Below are positions 61,881 through 64,000 of a stretch of DNA of 64,000 nucleotides, piece after piece. Made by a program: the position numbers and the translations under genes. The stretch comes from Acanthaster planci (Eukaryota): NCBI RefSeq assembly GCF_001949145.1, contig NW_019091357.1, positions 748,671 through 812,670 of the forward strand, in the 5' to 3' direction. Every line of letters begins with the position of its first letter. Positions within the stretch are counted from its first letter, which is position 1. Under the pieces are notes generated by a model. That model worked only from the letters and a program-made list of their open reading frames with translations. It searched no databases and was not told the origin of the DNA.

Positions 61881-63766
61881 GTAAGGAAATATAACCGAGG
61901 CAAAGGCTTAACAGAAGATTTGGATCAAATCTTAACTGTAACCTCCTGAGACATTATGTTTTTTGTGAACCAGGGTTTAATCTAGGATTTCAAAATCACC
62001 TGCCCCTCCAAAGCTAAGGTGAACAGCTATCTGTCCAGTGAAATATGTCAGATTGATATCCATAGGTGCTATCTGACACCATGTACACACTCTACCGAGT
62101 GGTTTAGAAGGAAAGAAAAAGATCTAGTCGCCACTGTTCAAGGTTTGTGTTAAAAATTGGGGTTTGGAAATATTGTACAAGCAAAATTTACCTCTCTTAT
62201 GATATATGGGGGGTTCAGCTTACCGGGGGGGAGATTGAATTTGCTGGCATTTTTGTCGGAACAAATGCAGCAATAATTCAATTAGATCTGTCTGTTTCTG
62301 TGAGCATAAAAACAACGAGCATGAGTGTAAAAAATGAACTTAATGAAGTATGTCTGCCAGTCAGACGAGTTTATTAGATTAGTCTAGGCTGCTTTCCATA
62401 CACTCTCTTGGTCTAAACTCGAGCATGCAACTCAGGTTGTCATGACATGTTCATCATTTGCATTTGGGATTAAAATGTTGAACAGATTAATATGTAATGA
62501 AGCTCACCACGAAATGAGTGATAATTGAAATGATGTGCCTACATAAGACCCTGCACTCTCAGTCTAGAGGATCCCAAATTAAAAACACTTGAAGCCAGAT
62601 ACATTTCAGCAACTATTACAATGATAACACTGATGGCGATATTCATAATGCTCTGTTGTCTGCCAGGAAACGGCGTTCAGATCACAAATTCTATGCTGAA
62701 ACAGGAAAGTCAGATAAATCGGTCATTTTAGGCTAAAGCTATCCATGCCACCCAGTATTGCCTATCTGGTTTGAAAGTGTGATGTCACTTTAGTTTAAAC
62801 TACACCCAATGAGAGCATGCAAGTCGTGGCGTGTCCGCCTTTGTGACGAAATCACTTACAAACCGGATACTCCTTGGAATGACTCACTGCTTGAAGTACT
62901 GATGCATGTAGATATCGATGTAGATGTGCGTGATGCCTTAGTCAAGATTCCCAAAATGCAATGAACAACAGAAACCAAAAAACAAGAGAGCAAACAGTAG
63001 ATAGAAGATAGAAAAGCTCAAGTCTGATTTCACTTTGTAAAACGATTTTCCTTTTTTTTTAACGTTTCACATATATTTCCTGAGTTCCACATCTATTTGT
63101 ACATGTACATGCATGCATACCTATAGATAAAGATTTTTCAAATGATGTCACTTGACCAGCAAAGGCAGTTCAAGAAGCGTTCCAAATCTGCAGCAGCGCA
63201 TGCATTTTCGAATTTGCGTCTTTCAGTTGGCAATTTCATGTACACCAGAATGCTGGGAGACTCCAAAGGCGTGCACTTTACCCCGCACATCCGTGTATAT
63301 TGAAAACTGATGGTCAAAAATCACGTGATTGAAAAACCTGTATAATTATATGCAATAATTATATAAGGCTTCTATGCTTTGTTCTAACTTTTTAATTAGA
63401 ATCATGAATGACTAAAAGCAGAAAAAATGTCACGTTTGAAATAGAAGCAACACAATTGGACTGTAATTGGCCATACATGTGTGCATTGCATGTACACTGT
63501 GCATCTACATTAGCACCCTTGCCAGATAGGCACAGAATACATTGGAAGGACTGCAGTGTACATGCACTTGCTATTGTCAATATGCTGGTATAAATTCATG
63601 AATTACTGATCAGCCAGTGGTGGGATACATCCCTCAGTTGCTAGGCTGCATATCGTCATTATCGCAAGACTTGGGGGGTTAAGGGAAAAACCTTGACATA
63701 CATGCACAGTGTAGTGAGAGCCAACCGAGACGATAACAATCACAATGTGTGATGCTGAGGGCTATG

Positions 63767-63780
63767 GTTGGCATGGCAAC
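63767..63780. promoter_or_regulatory. Near-perfect RFX X-box in a MAK/ICK intron
   Basis: GTTGGCATGGCAAC, 13/14 to the palindrome GTTGCCATGGCAAC. Confidence 0.5.
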
Positions 63781-64000
63781 ACAGGCTGGTAAACAAACCT
63801 GTCGGGCGAGGTCCCTTTGAAGTAAAGAATGTACATGTATGATGGAATGAATTGGTAAACCGTATGGGCATATTTTTTACTTCCATACAAGAATGAAAGT
63901 CCACAGAACTTAACTGTACAACACATGCTTATGCAACTTCCAATCAGTGCATGGTACTTGTCCATGTAGTTTGCCTTCTAGACTCTTCCTTTGTTCATCT

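Overview
Eukaryotic, intron-containing genomic DNA from an invertebrate animal, probably an echinoderm such as a sea star (inferred from gene content and repeat style). There are two assembly gaps. From left to right: (1) the 3' coding exon of a gene ending in a coiled-coil tail like those of Myb/SANT-like (MSANTD/FSBP-type) proteins, running into a gap; (2) a five-exon, 274-aa gene not captured by the ORF track, with a C8orf89-like C-terminal motif and RFX X-box-like sites; (3) a TGIF (TALE homeobox) gene on the minus strand, with one large coding exon, at least two frame-compatible candidate first exons, and about 30 kb of CpG-rich non-coding sequence enriched in TALE (TGACAG) and Su(H) motifs; (4) two intronless secreted C-type lectin + PAN/apple genes plus an inverted 5'-truncated copy, with a mosaic pattern suggesting gene conversion; (5) the first three coding exons of a MAK/ICK (CILK1) kinase. 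Scattered small repeats include Harbinger-type and pogo/Tc1-type MITEs, a Tx1/L1 3' remnant, and two unrelated inverted-repeat elements that each enclose a tRNA-like Pol III promoter core. I found no prokaryotic systems or CRISPR arrays. All motif counts were made by eye and need computational confirmation.
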